DNA of 64,000 bases from contig OZ210884.1 of the NCBI GenBank assembly GCA_964658305.1, positions 4,464,001-4,528,000 of the forward strand, read 5' to 3'. Source of the DNA: Leptogorgia sarmentosa (Eukaryota). Under the pieces are notes generated by a model. It ran no database searches. It was not told the origin of the DNA and saw only the letters and a program-made list of their open reading frames with translations. Shown here piece after piece: positions 50,913 to 63,556 of this stretch; position 1 is the stretch's first letter; each line of letters opens with the position of its first letter. The position numbers and the translations under genes were made by a program.

Positions 50913-53755
50913 CAATCCTGGAAATTTACATAGAAAGTGAAGGCTGTAATGACCCAGGTATTTCAGGATGTGGCCATGCAACCATTCGAGTCAACGGTAA
51001 AGACCACTCCAAGCACTTACGTGGTTACAATGTTGTTGTTGTCAATGGAAGGACAGGTATTCATGTAATGCGGAAATGTAGAAACATTAACGCAAAATGT
51101 AAGAGTAAATACGGGTATTTAAAGAAATTTCGTATTTTAAGAACATTTTTCTTGTTTTCTAAAGAATGTGGCGAACTATGAAAAAAATACCTGCACCCGT
51201 TATAATACGTGTTAGTTATATGAATGGAGATTCATATAGCGCTTCAGCATTTGACTCCGAAGTAAAAATTTCACATTTTTAATTTTCTTATTTTGAGAAA
51301 ATTAAGAAAATAATTCTTACCATGCCGTCATTTCTTATTTTAAGAAACACTTAACTTATTTCAAGAAAATACGTTCTTATTTTAAAGAACGTTTTTCTTA
51401 ACATAGCCAAGAAAATCATATTTCTTTTACTTCTAAAGAAGAAAACCTGAAATGTTGCCCTGTTTCTTCCCTGAACTTGGAACCGTAGGTGCATGCCGTA
51501 TAATTATAGAAACCTGCATGTCATTATGAATTTACAAGCTCTTCATAATTATTAGTTACAGCTAGATTTTGTCGATACTCTGTATTTATAATTATCTTAG
51601 TAAGAAGAGATACAGCTGCGCGCACTGACACATTTTGATATATGTATAATTATAATCTTCTGGTTTAGGATTGGTTGAATCCAGCACGTCATTCGATACT
51701 CATGCACAGTCCCCACAACTCTTGATTAATCATTTGAAGAACATAGCGCCAGGGTAAGACACACTCATGGATGGCATTTTGAGGCATTTTCTCGGCACTG
51801 CCGCTGGAAATTGCACATAAACACCAATATTGTGTACTGTGAAATAATGCGTTTTGCCCTTAGACAGCTATAGCTAATTAGTAGAATCATACTCGTATAC
51901 TATTGCAAATGCTGCAATTTGATTGGCTACTCTACTCGATATCTATTCCTCGATAGATAGCGAGTAGCAAAATATGTGAATTTTCGTTCAAGAAAATGTC
52001 TTCTCAAGACGCGTTTTTAAATTATTTTTTGCAATATTTTCATGTTTGATCTCTGATTCTACTAAAACAATTAGATTACTCGCTCTCGATTTCTACGAGA
52101 TGATAGTTGATTCGGGCTTCGCCCTCATCAACTATCACCTCATAGAAATCTCGAGCTCGTAATCTAATTGTTAATTAAAAATTGTCAAAACTTTACTTTC
52201 TCAAATAATGTATTATTGTAACATAATAATTAGCTATTGAAGTATTATCGCCGATGAATTACGCTACAGCCCGAAATCACATGCAACAAAACACCATTTT
52301 TAATCTCAGTAGAAGATTAGAAGAGTGGGAGCTAGGGTGGCACGAGATTGACGAGGAACAAAAACGAAAACGTGCATTTGATGCGACATAAATATGTGAA
52401 AATATGTTGTAGAAAGCTGGTGTTAGTTGCCATCCAAGATGAAGCGTCCCATAGTATGTCTCCTGCGGGTTACTTCGCTTTGAGAAGATTTGGCGCCCAC
52501 AATCAAATTAAGAAGAATTTTCGGTCATCGTACGCACTCCTTGGTTGGTCAGGACACGGGAAGCTAGATGCGGTCACACAGGTATCGCTAAATATAGAAC
52601 AATGACTTATAACTTAATAATAAATGCATGCAAATTAGGCTCAATTTCTCGACGTTGTTACCCCAAAAGTTATCGTTCCAATTTGCTAGAATGCACAAAC
52701 AAGCACATTCAGCTTTGTCACTATCCGCTGCTTCAGTAACTTGTTAATGTGGCGTAGTCAGATCTACAGGGTGTCCAAAAAAACCGGATCTGTATAAGTT
52801 GATTATAGGCATCCGATGAAATTTAATTCACATTAATGTAATTATTATTCAACTTAGTTTGGCAACCTTGATATCTCTGTGCCTCTGGGCATATTTCTGC
52901 ACATTTTATGTATAGTATAAGTAAAAGCAAAACGGGATAACAGCACTGTAAGACAGAAAGCGATTTCATTTTTAATGACTACATAAATATTTTTGTGGGT
53001 TTCCTTATTTTTGCGACACCCTGCATAATTAAGTGGACATAGTCGTATATTCGCCTTCACGCACGTTAAAAGCAATCGATCATAAAAGAAATTTATATGC
53101 ATATGCTGAGTACAAATGTACGAATACTACGCGCAATATAGTTAATTTCAGGCCTGTTTGATTCTATAGAGCTGTTACATTAATTCTATCAATAGTCCTG
53201 CTTTATTTCTGACAGATATCTGACATTCAAATCAGGCCTTTTTACCTGCAAAAAAAATTCCGTTGTGTTTCAGACAGAAATGATACGGATTTCAATGAGC
53301 ATTACAAAGTTTAGTTTGAAAATTGTTTATAGCGATTTGCTTTAATTGGCTTTGAGTATGATTGATGAGACTGCCCCATGTTAAAGTGTACTTTAAACCC
53401 ACAAATAATAACATAAATGGGCAATATTTACGCCCATTAACGGTGATTAACTTGTTCATATACGTAGCTATACAGATGAGATATTTGTATAGATGATGAT
53501 GGTGCATGTAAGGTATATAAACTAGTAAATAAATTTTCCAACTCAACCTTTTCCTTGTGAAGTCAGGCAATTAAGTATAGATATAGGCTATAGTCATATA
53601 AAAAGTAGGTTCAATTAAGGAGTTAGCTATATCACTTCCTTCTACATGCTTCAATGTGGCTGTTAATTTTATAACTTCTTCAAATATAGGTTCAACGGCC
53701 ACGACATCACGGACCAAGTATTATTTCCAAAGTAATCACCTTGCCTCTATATTAG
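50913..53755 (+). CDS. ILEI/PANDER (FAM3-like, GG-type lectin fold) domain protein; 5' exon not identified
   Basis: join(<50913..51056,51669..51753,52413..52581,53690..53755), in phase. Motifs SEGCNDPG..GCG, RGYNVVVVNGRTG, SFDTH, LVLVAIQDEAS, FRSSYALLG, GPS. Confidence 0.8.
51875..52177 (+). mobile_element. Hairpin-ended Crypton-like element in ILEI gene intron
   Basis: Exact TAATTA at both ends; IR TTAGTAGAATCA / TGATTCTACTAA; TGATTGGCTA; hairpin 52066-52172 with TC/TC mismatches and GCTTCGC tip (52116-52122). Confidence 0.85.
52767..53023. mobile_element. Mariner-like MITE
   Basis: TA|CAGGGTGTCCAAAAA ... TTTTTGCGACACCCTG|CA. Confidence 0.65.
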
Positions 53756-54008
53756 GAGAACGAGGTAAGTTTATTTATATGCAATGCATTTAATTTATAA
53801 CTGCAACATGACGATTCACGATTATACATTGTTTAACATTATAATTATAACCAATGGATTTTGGAGACAAAAACAGGTTTTACACATTCTGTAGCTTCGT
53901 ATATTTTTGTCCATTTTGATACATTTCAAAAAATGAGGAGAGCAAATATTGCATGCCTATACTAATAGCTAAACATTCATCTATATAGCTACTGGCTTCA
54001 AATTTCTC

Positions 54009-54553
54009 GTACTCGTACTTGTACTTGTACTTGTACTTGTACTTGTACTTGTACTTGTACTTGTACTTGTACTTGTACTTGTACTTGTACTTGTACTTGT
54101 ACTTGTACTTGTACTTGTACTTGTACTTGTACTTGTACTTGTACTTGTACTTGTACTTGTACTTGTACTTGTACTTGTACTTGTACTTGTACTTGTACTT
54201 GTACTTGTACTTGTACTTGTACTTGTACTTGTACTTGTACTTGTACTTGTACTTGTACTTGTACTTGTACTTGTACTTGTACTTGTACTTGTACTTGTAC
54301 TTGTACTTGTACTTGTACTTGTACTTGTACTTGTACTTGTACTTGTACTTGTACTTGTACTTTTACTTGTACTTGTACTTGTACTTGTACTTGTACTTGT
54401 ACTTGTACTTGTACTTGTACTTGTACTTGTACTTGTACTTGTACTTGTACTTGTACTTGTACTTGTACTTGTACTTGTACTTGTACTTGCACTTGCACTT
54501 GCACTTGCACTTTCACTTGTATTTGCACTTGTACTTGTACTTGTACTTGTACT
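54009..54553. repeat. (GTACTT)n hexanucleotide microsatellite, ~90 units
   Basis: Directly visible; GCACTT variants near the 3' end. Confidence 0.98.
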
Positions 54554-55275
54554 GACAGAGGACAAGGTTCAGAAATTGATGAACTACAAATGTATTTCTG
54601 TGAGAATTCCCAAGAAAGTTTTGATCTTCATTACAATTCCTAATTATAGCAAGCAAAACACACCCTCGGAGGACTTGATAGCTTTTCGCATCTCATGTTT
54701 ACATCCGATTAGGACAGACTCGAATACTCGGTGCTAATCATAACAGTTAAATTGGATTAAGGTGATTTTAGTCCCTTAAATTCTTCGACGTCTGTTTACG
54801 AAAGGGAAGCATGATGGAGAAAGATACAATTTCACCATGAGAACTACCGGATATGCCATCGTATTCGTAATGCACATGTGAAGTACAATGTTCGTTCAGA
54901 TCAATCTTAAACCGCTAATACTCCAGCTTTAAGCTGAAGTTGATCGAATTTTGAATATCGTCCATACCTCCGCGGCAAGGTTTGTACTATTTTATTTAGG
55001 ATATATTCGCACTACTAATATGAGTTGTTATAGGTGCAGCTGCTTGAATTAGTGTAGCTACAATAAATGGATATTAGCAGAGAGAAATAAAAAAATCTAC
55101 AAATAAAGTATGACGCAATATATATATTTTTAATATACGATAAATCAAGTATATACGGTAAATCAAACGAACGTATAATTCTTCTTTCACTCTTTATATG
55201 TTTTGTTGATTATGCATGAGTCAATTTAAAACCTGTCAATTGGACTGTAAACCTAATCATGTGTTTTAAAAGCTG

Positions 55276-58200
55276 TTAGTCGGCACAAGGGATCACATCA
55301 CAACACCATTCAGCTGTAAATTTGTGGTCTTCAACACATTTAATATTGACATAAACGAACTTTGGTATTTGATCCTTAAATTCGCCACTACGCAGGCCAA
55401 TAGATTCTTTGGATTCAACCCTCTTTCCGTCCTGAAGCAATTCGCAAGTCGTCTGGTACCTATGCAGGATAATGTTTAGGAATTTAATGCTACCATTCAA
55501 TTCATGATCAACATTACTTGCATCATTGCATTCAACAACCATTGTTGGAAAACAATTAGTGTAACACTCAGCCAGACAACAATTAATTGCAAGTTCAATG
55601 ATTTTAGCATTTCCGCAGTCCCCCAATAAATTCCATGCCGGCCATGCGACTAATTCTGGTGTGAATAAAGGACAGGAACAAAATTCGATAAACCGCGAAC
55701 TCGCTTGTGCGAATTTTCTACATGCAGATTGCAGATAATTTATACCTATAACTAGCAAGAGATATCATCCTAGCTGAAAGTGATTAAAACGATAAATTTT
55801 CAAAAACGATAAAACAGCTCGACTCGTCCAAACTATAATAACCTATAGCCATTCCTGATCTGTTGTTATTCAATTATCTACTCAATATCATGTAGATTAA
55901 GTGTACTTCTTTCAAACTTAGTTAGGCCTTTTCTAATCGACTCGAGCAATAAACGGGTATAGTCGCTTGTTAGAAAAGCAGTATGCTGAAAATGGCATCC
56001 ATGCAAGTTTTCCAGGTTCCCAATTTTCTTTGTTCAGTATGAAATGCTACTAGCTAGCAATTGTAATCAAAGCTTCTTTCAACTTATATTTAGCTCGCTC
56101 ACTGTAACTTGGTGTCCCTCCTATAACATCAACTAGACAATTGAGAAATAGCCAACAGCTTATATAGTTGAAATATATAATGCAATTTCTGTTTACAGTT
56201 TTGTGTCTTTTTTAGTCGATGAAAGAGTCGACTTATTGACGGATACGAACCTCGAGTCAGCAATGCATGCATTTATGTTTTTCCAAATCGACAAAATAAA
56301 GAGTACATTAAAAAAACAACTTTATCTGTTACTAAAAGCGATATCAGTGCATGACGAATTCGTTTTCATGCCAACCTGTTACAGCACAAATAAAGATCAA
56401 CGTACTGTGTGTGATAAATACAGTTTCGTCAGGTTAAGAATCGAACGACACAAACCTGCATGTCACTGGATATAGCCCACATCCGACCATTGGAGTTTTT
56501 CCGCGATTAAGACAGCCAAAAAGTGCATCGTGATGTTGATTTCCTTTCTTGCAAGTCAAATACCCATTTGGCAAAATCCGTTTCACATTTCCAGTTGACG
56601 TTGCACTGTTGACGCGGAAACGATACTGCTGTACAGCTCTTTTCATAAGGGATTTACCTAATCGACAGTTCGACAAAATAATTGAACTTGGAATAAAAGT
56701 AATGAAACTTATAAATGGAATGAAACTTAGCCAGAGTCGAGGAAAAAAAACAGTTGTAGATTACAGTGAAAAGATTCATTGCGGCTCATATACGATTGGT
56801 GGCGAAAAAGACGATGAGGGCACAAAAGCTCAGGAAAAAGGAAATTTTCGCCGATCCAAACAGCCAAAAAATATTCAACAGATGTTAGCGAATATACTGT
56901 ACACTTGCATGTTTGTTCAACGACGCAGACTAGCACGATAGCCTATAACATATTTGGAAAATACAGGAGGATCTTGTTCCGTCATAATATAATCTTATGG
57001 CCGGGAGTTAATTTTCCACCATGCATTTATTATATTTAGCTAATCAACATTTACTGGTCAAAGGGAGTTTACCTTTCTTGGCTGGGATAATTTTTTCTTC
57101 AACTAGATACGCGGAAATATTGCCACAGAAATCTAATATTTTTGGACCCATCTCTTCACGAGGAATTTCTCGTATGATGTTCATTACGGAAATCACCGTT
57201 TTGACTGGAACGCTTGCGTTTCTTGATTGTGTTCTGAAGCGCTGTAATAATTATTTCATTTTAGAATTTTTTTTTTAGGATTTGGCGAAATTTGCATTGA
57301 ATACATTTCCTCCTCTATTAATTTAACGCATCCTATTAGAGTGCAATCCATTTCTAATAAGGATGGTCATCACTGATCTCAAAAAATATGGCGGACTGTC
57401 ATGAAGGGCAAACACTAAAAGGTTTAGAAAAGTGGAAAACAAAGACGAGGAAAATTAAGAAAAATATGAAAAATAAGAACCAGTGGCATTAGCAATGGTA
57501 AAATCTGCCATGTATTTGGCTTTAATTCGCTGTATAGAAAAAGTCCAGTGCACTCTCTCCACTCCACTCTGTACTTTCCTTGTAAATGTTCGTGCAAGCT
57601 TAATACCCATGCAAGCCTTGGTTTTTCCATATAAATATTTCCGTTTCTATTTCAGGACCATATTATTGGATATTTAAGAGTCATACCTGTAACAATTTCA
57701 GATTTTTTCTTGTTTCTTCGAATGTCTGTAAGCCAGCCATATTTATTTTGCTCACATAACACACGTCTTTCTCAGTAATCCGGGTAACTAAGAGTTCCTG
57801 CGTAAAGAAATGTAACTATAAGTAGTGAGCATTTTAATTTCCTGTTGCATGATCACCTAACTTTTTAATCAGAAAAACTACCGATGACAAATAATCAGAT
57901 TTCGAATCTAATTTTCACTTTCCTGTGCCTACAATACAAAAATCGCAAGCTTTAGCTATTTCCCCATTTTAATATAGATGGAATTTCACAAATTTACTAA
58001 ATTTATGAAATTTCTATTGCCCCATTACCCCCAAAAGTTGTCCCAAAAAACATTGAAAAACGACGCTGCAAATCAGAGATAATTTTCATAATATGTGAAA
58101 TTACCATGCATTCAAAATGGAAAACCATCATTTTAGGCAAAATGTTCCACAAAACACAATACCTGATCTGTGACCTCATACATAATCACAAATACACAAT

Positions 58201-61157
58201 CATAAATTTTTGCGAAATAAACAACAAAAATTAGAATGCAAACAAATTTCAAACATACATTTTGATAATCAACCAGCACATCAGTCTTCTTGATTTCGTT
58301 ATGTGAGGGCACTTTGTATAGCACTGTATTTTCCACGCCGTCAATTTCAATGTTTTCGGTGAAAGGTGTTCCTCTCTCGTTGATACGTAGTTCATAAAAC
58401 TCCTATAGGCAATGCAAAAAATTATAGTACGTTGAAGGCGAAATTTTAGCTCCTTTGAACTTTTTAGGCGTAATCGATTAAACCTTAACGGTTGTCTGTT
58501 TTCGAGGTGTAGTCGTGGAGCAAGCTTTGTGTCGACGCACATACTCATTCAAAACTGAATGATCATGACTGTACGCATACATTGCGCACAAGAACTAATA
58601 CATTAGGAGCAAAGGAAGATTTCATATTTACATTATGCCAGTGCTTCAATTAATTAATTAATTCCACAAAGTCTAAGATATCGAGTATTGTAGTTACATA
58701 ATCGGTTAGCCACTCTGGATGTTTGGTTGAGATGGGGGTGCATCTTCTCCATATATGAAAATTATTTTTATTTCGGAATAAACGTCCAAAATAAACATTT
58801 CGAATCAGGGACGTCGCCAAGGAGGGGACTGAGGGAGACGAGTCCCACCCTGTTATTATTATAACCAACTTTGAGATTGTTCCAAAGTAAAAAGTGGGGG
58901 GAACGGTTATTCAAAGTGCTGGACCATATTATCAATATAGAAACATTGGAGATAATGTTAAGAACAAAAAGTTACCCTTGTGAAATACAGAAATTTGTGT
59001 CCACATTAAAATATTATTCAACAATGGGTGTTTAGCAGCCTATATGACCATTGTTGTAGGAAGCTTAAGAAATTTCAGTGCAATATGTTGTTTTTAGATT
59101 GTTAAATAAACCTGCTTGAAAATGCTAAAAGTAGCGTTTTGGAGACCCTAGAAATAAAACATTTTCTAGAGGGCTATGCCCCTGAATCATCCTGAAACAT
59201 TGCGTCTTTGATGCTCATGGTGTCCACCCCAATTTCAACAACCTGCCGACGCCCCTGCTCCGAATAACAGGAAGACCATTAATTTGCGAGGCTGAAACCT
59301 GTTCCAATTAGATGGGAACATTTTGAATACAGCTACCAACAGATAGCTCAATTTTCTAATGAATGAATGAATGTAGATAGCATCATAAATTATACCCATC
59401 CTCATTTTATTACTTAAATATTTTAATCAGACATCAGAAATTAATTATTCTTTTTATATATCTATTCACATTTAGTGGAATTATGGTAGTATGCAACTGC
59501 GAATGCTGTCATTTGATTGGTTGCTCTACTCGCTGTCCATTTAACAACTATACACAACAAGGCCAAGTTGTCTAATTCTTTCGGTACAAGCCATTGATTT
59601 AAACAGCCAGATAAACTACAAACTCACATGCTTAAAAAAATTAAAATAAAAATGAAGCAAATTGTGAAAAAAATGGGCAAATATGCCATTGATTGACAGA
59701 ATATCGAACCACAATTTTTAGTCTTTTTAGTCTTATTCTACATCTTGGAATGTCGCACTGTATTCTTTCTATTTAGCCCCAGGGGGCTTATTCATCAATC
59801 ATCGACCTTTATACATGTGAATGGCTTATTTGGGGGATTACGTATAACATGGAGACACTGGAGAGCTAGCCGCTTAAGCTTTGGCTGGGGGTTTCAGAAA
59901 AAATTTCCTAATTCCTAACATATATAGGGACTGGATCAGCTCTTTTTTCCCGTCTTTTTGAAATTTCTGGAAGCGATTGAGAACAGACGAGTTTTTGCCA
60001 TTATCAGTTATTTATATTAGGCCCTTTTGTCGGGCATAATTCACCCTATTTATAAAGGGCTGTGTTATATAATGGGACTTGAAGTCTTTTTTCCTTACAC
60101 TAGAAAAACAGGCGAGAAAATTGCTAGCGCTGTTTTTTAACTTAATAATTCAGGAACGTCTATATAGTTCACTTTAATTAAATAACTAACTGGTAATATG
60201 GTGTTAATTAACTGGTAATATTTTTTTCACGACATACACGCCGCAAATTATTTGAGGCTATCTACTGTAATACTGAAAAAAAAACTTGCAGAACAAGCGC
60301 TTCCCTGTCAGTGTATAGGCCTATATAGGTAGCCAATATTGAATCGGTAAAGTCGAAATATATAGCATGAAATGAAGAGATGCCGCATACCACCTTTGAG
60401 TAAACTCTTGACAAGGCGTTGTTTCACTTCAAGGTTGCTTTATCATAACGTACAGTATGAAACCACAAATATACTTATATCGGGTTCTCTAATGGCCCAA
60501 ATGCTACGTGGAAAAAATTGTATAAATATAATTAATATATATTCAGCAACCCTCAATTACGACCAACTTCCTAAATAAACGTTGTGACCTTTCGCGATGT
60601 TTTTCCTTTATTCTGCAGGCAGGCTCTAATTCATTAAAAACGCCAGCATGCGTATTGCTAAACGAATAACGACAAAAAGTATACATTTTCAGCATGCAAA
60701 TGTCCTTCTCTGTATGTACACTATATCAATATTGTTTTCCTTTCAGCATTTTCTATAATTTCTACCATACCGTATATATATTCGGAAAGTGCGAGTTCAA
60801 GCTTCATGGCAGTGGATATACGCATATAGCTAGTAGCTAGGAATATAAGAAGCTGGGAATATCGCACAAATATTTAATTATCCTTCATCTATTGCAGGCA
60901 AAATCATCGCTTCATTGCAGGTTACTCATGGATATCTGGAGCATATGTTGTTTTCTTCACATGCAACGCGAAATAAAAGTCTGAATTGAATACATTCGAA
61001 ATGTTGTGGTTGCGAAACGTTCTCAAGAGTGAAAAATGAAGTTTGTTTTTAATTTAATGATTTACTGTACCTTGGAAGTTCCTTCTTGTATTTGATGAAA
61101 AACCACCAAAATTCCCACGAAAAAGTACAAAATCTCATTCATCTTCAGTATGCTCAT
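55276..61157 (-). CDS. Secreted BRICHOS-domain precursor with Cys-rich C-terminal peptide, ~298 aa
   Basis: complement(join(55276..55459,56456..56657,57073..57241,57687..57797,58259..58402,61071..61157)) = 897 nt, in phase. Signal-like ILYFFVGILVVFH; BRICHOS hallmarks DVLVDYQNELLVTRITEKDVCYVSK and EMGPKILDFCGNISAY; dibasic MKR and VKR; then nine Cys ending WCCDVIPCAD*. Confidence 0.78.
58806..59257. mobile_element. hAT-like MITE in BRICHOS intron 1
   Basis: TIRs CAGGGACGTCGCCA / TGCCGACGCCCCTG; flanks TTTCGAAT / CTCCGAAT (6/8). Confidence 0.75.
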
Positions 61158-61797
61158 CAGATCAGTTCGTATATTGTTAATCAATATCCTTAGTAGCTAC
61201 AGTTCTAACACTGACTACCACATACAGATAAACCAACCGATGTTGTTCTCGGACTTTATATATCTTTCCTCCGACTCCTTCCAGTGGGATTAACATCCGT
61301 TTCACCCAGGATATTGTCGGTGAGGAGCTGACCTCAACAACAGGGAGCTAATATTACTAAAAATATACAACGAGTTAAAAGTTGATGACAGACGACACTC
61401 TAGATTGCAAACAATAGCATAATTAATAAAGGTTTATTATAATAGCGAATTCAGCAATACTATATCGCACTGCTTCAGGCAGAACGTATTTATTACAAAA
61501 AGTAGGGCATTTAGCTCATTTATACCAATGCTCGGCAAATTAGCTCTTCTAGAGCAATACCTTCTGTAATAACAATCACGTTTTTTGAAACTATGGTAAT
61601 TTGATCAGGATTAATAACAATAGTGACAGAGTGCTTGCAGTGGTCCCCTTTCATCAACTCACAGTTATAATCTCAATAATTGTATTTATTCTTGTTGCTC
61701 AGGAAACGGATGTTTACCATGGCTATTTTCCACCGAAATTGGTGAAGACCGACTTTTTGCAGTTCCTCGAGAAACAACAACAGGTTACAATAGATAT

Positions 61798-62516
61798 CTT
61801 TGTCATCAAGCGCCGCGGGGGGTATTGCGCTATGCTAATTGGAAAAGTAGGACAAACACTAGAATTCTATAGTATATAGTATAGTATGGTTACCACCAAA
61901 AGGTGCGCTTGGGGAACGTGTTTTAACGACTCGATGCTTCCTCATTTGTTCAAGAAAAACGCTAATGGAGATGAAGTGTTTTTTCTTCATTTTCCTGGGG
62001 CTAAATACCATGGCGAGAAACGCAAACGATGGATACAAGCTTGTCACCGAGGCGATGGGTTTCATTGTATGCACTAAATACAGCTACATATGTAGTCTTC
62101 ATTTTGTCGGAGAGAATGGTCCTACATTTGACTATCCAGATCCTATATCGGCGGTAAAAAGTGCGGAACAGGTAAGTTTTCATAGACAGCTGTAGTATGT
62201 AAATATACTGCGAATATTATATAAATATATTCCGTTTACACGGGATATTTCAAAAATGTAACTTGAAACCTTTGTTGTTCGCTTTGACATAGCGTTGTCC
62301 GCTTTGACAAAGGTTTCAAGTTACATTTTTGAAATATCCCGTGTAAACGGAATATATTTATATAATATTCGCAGTATATTTACATACTACAGCTGTCTAT
62401 GAAAACTTATCTGTTCCGCACTTTTTACCGCCGATATAGGATCTGGATAGTCAGATGTAGGACCATTCTCTCCGACAAAATGACAAAATGACCCCCCGCG
62501 GCGCTTGATGACAAAG
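61798..62516. mobile_element. Foldback derivative of a THAP-bearing DNA transposon end
   Basis: 26-bp inverted pair 61798-61823 / 62491-62516 (CTTTGTCATCAAGCGCCGCGGGGGGT) and 177-bp inverted arms 62099-62275 / 62307-62483. Confidence 0.7.
61886..62171 (+). pseudogene. Frameshifted THAP (C2CH zinc finger) exon, probably transposon-derived
   Basis: MVTTKRCAWGTC...FLHFP...KRKRWIQAC..GDGF, frameshift near 62062, then VCTKYSYICSLHFVGENGPT...PDP; donor CAG|GTAAGT at 62171; no downstream exons found. Confidence 0.8.
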
Positions 62517-62684
62517 TGTGATTGAGAGACTGAAGTATTTTAGTATTGTTAGATATGAGTTGTTGTAATTCAATCAATTCTAGCCCAGAAATGTACGTTA
62601 CAAAGGAGTGTGTTGATATTTCGACAATTTTAGAATCATGCATTATTTATGCTCAATTTCCTCTACTCATTCAATGATCCAGTT

Positions 62685-62815
62685 TTTACCCCTATTCCGT
62701 GTTTTATCCCCATTCCGCGTTTTATCCCCATTCCGCGTTTTATCCCCATTCCGCTTTTTATCCCCATTCCGCTTCCGCCATTCCGTTCCGCCATTCCGCT
62801 TCCGCCATTCCCGTT
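62685..62815. repeat. Degenerate minisatellite (TTTTATCCCCATTCCGCG, grading into CCATTCCG motifs)
   Basis: Four to five 18-bp units followed by shorter variants. Confidence 0.85.
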
Positions 62816-63487
62816 CGCCTTTATTCCAAATTCAGATTGTCTGCGTTTCTTTTGGACTCCTGGAAAATTAATTACTATACGTCATTCAAGATATTACTAT
62901 CATGGAAGCTTTAACTTGCGCATAGTGACACAGTAATTGTATCCAAGCTTATGCACACTACGCGGAACGTCAAAATAGAAAAAAAATGGCTGAAATAAGT
63001 GAAATTCATAATATACGGCTAGATTTCAGCAGAGCAAACCTATCGTGCAGGAGAGCTCCTTATTTCTATGCCTTCTACTTGCCAATAATAACCATTGTTC
63101 GGTTACTTTGTTAACATCAAGACAATGTGTCTATAATATATGTTTGTACGCTGTTGGACATCTATTCATTTTCTCTGCAGTGTTAGAATGCTAATTAAAG
63201 TTGAAATTTGAGAATATGCATGTTGCTAAATACTTATTCAGTGTGTAGTGGGTTTTGCACATTGTAGGATTCATTTAGTTATATAACTGTAGATGGTGCT
63301 CGAGAAGATTTGCAAGGATCTGTACGGTGTTTATCGTTCGTTTTGCATTCAATTTTTATTTCGTTTGCTTTCCTGCATGAGCTAGTATACATGTAGCAAT
63401 TCATTACAGACCGGAAAATCGTTATCCATGGAGGAACTTTGAAACGCATTTAATTGATTAGTAGAATGAAACGGCGACTACTAAAAC

Positions 63488-63556
63488 GAGATACAGCGAT
63501 ACAGCGATACAACGGAGCCGGAGCCGGAGCTGGAGCCCGGAGCTGGAGCCGGAGCC
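63488..63556. repeat. Compound short repeats (GATACAGC)x3 and GGAGC(C/T) hexamers
   Basis: Directly visible. Confidence 0.75.

Noticed and set aside
53981..54565. Poly-ST, poly-QV and poly-YL ORFs
   Set aside because: Reading frames of the (GTACTT)n microsatellite.
54760..54980. Possible decayed coding exon (…RKIQFHHENYRICHRIRN…)
   Set aside because: Several stops, no connected exons, and similarity too weak to name.
55460..55758. 5' part of the 160-aa minus ORF as a separate gene
   Set aside because: Non-ATG start and an in-frame stop just upstream; only 55276-55459 fits as the last BRICHOS exon.
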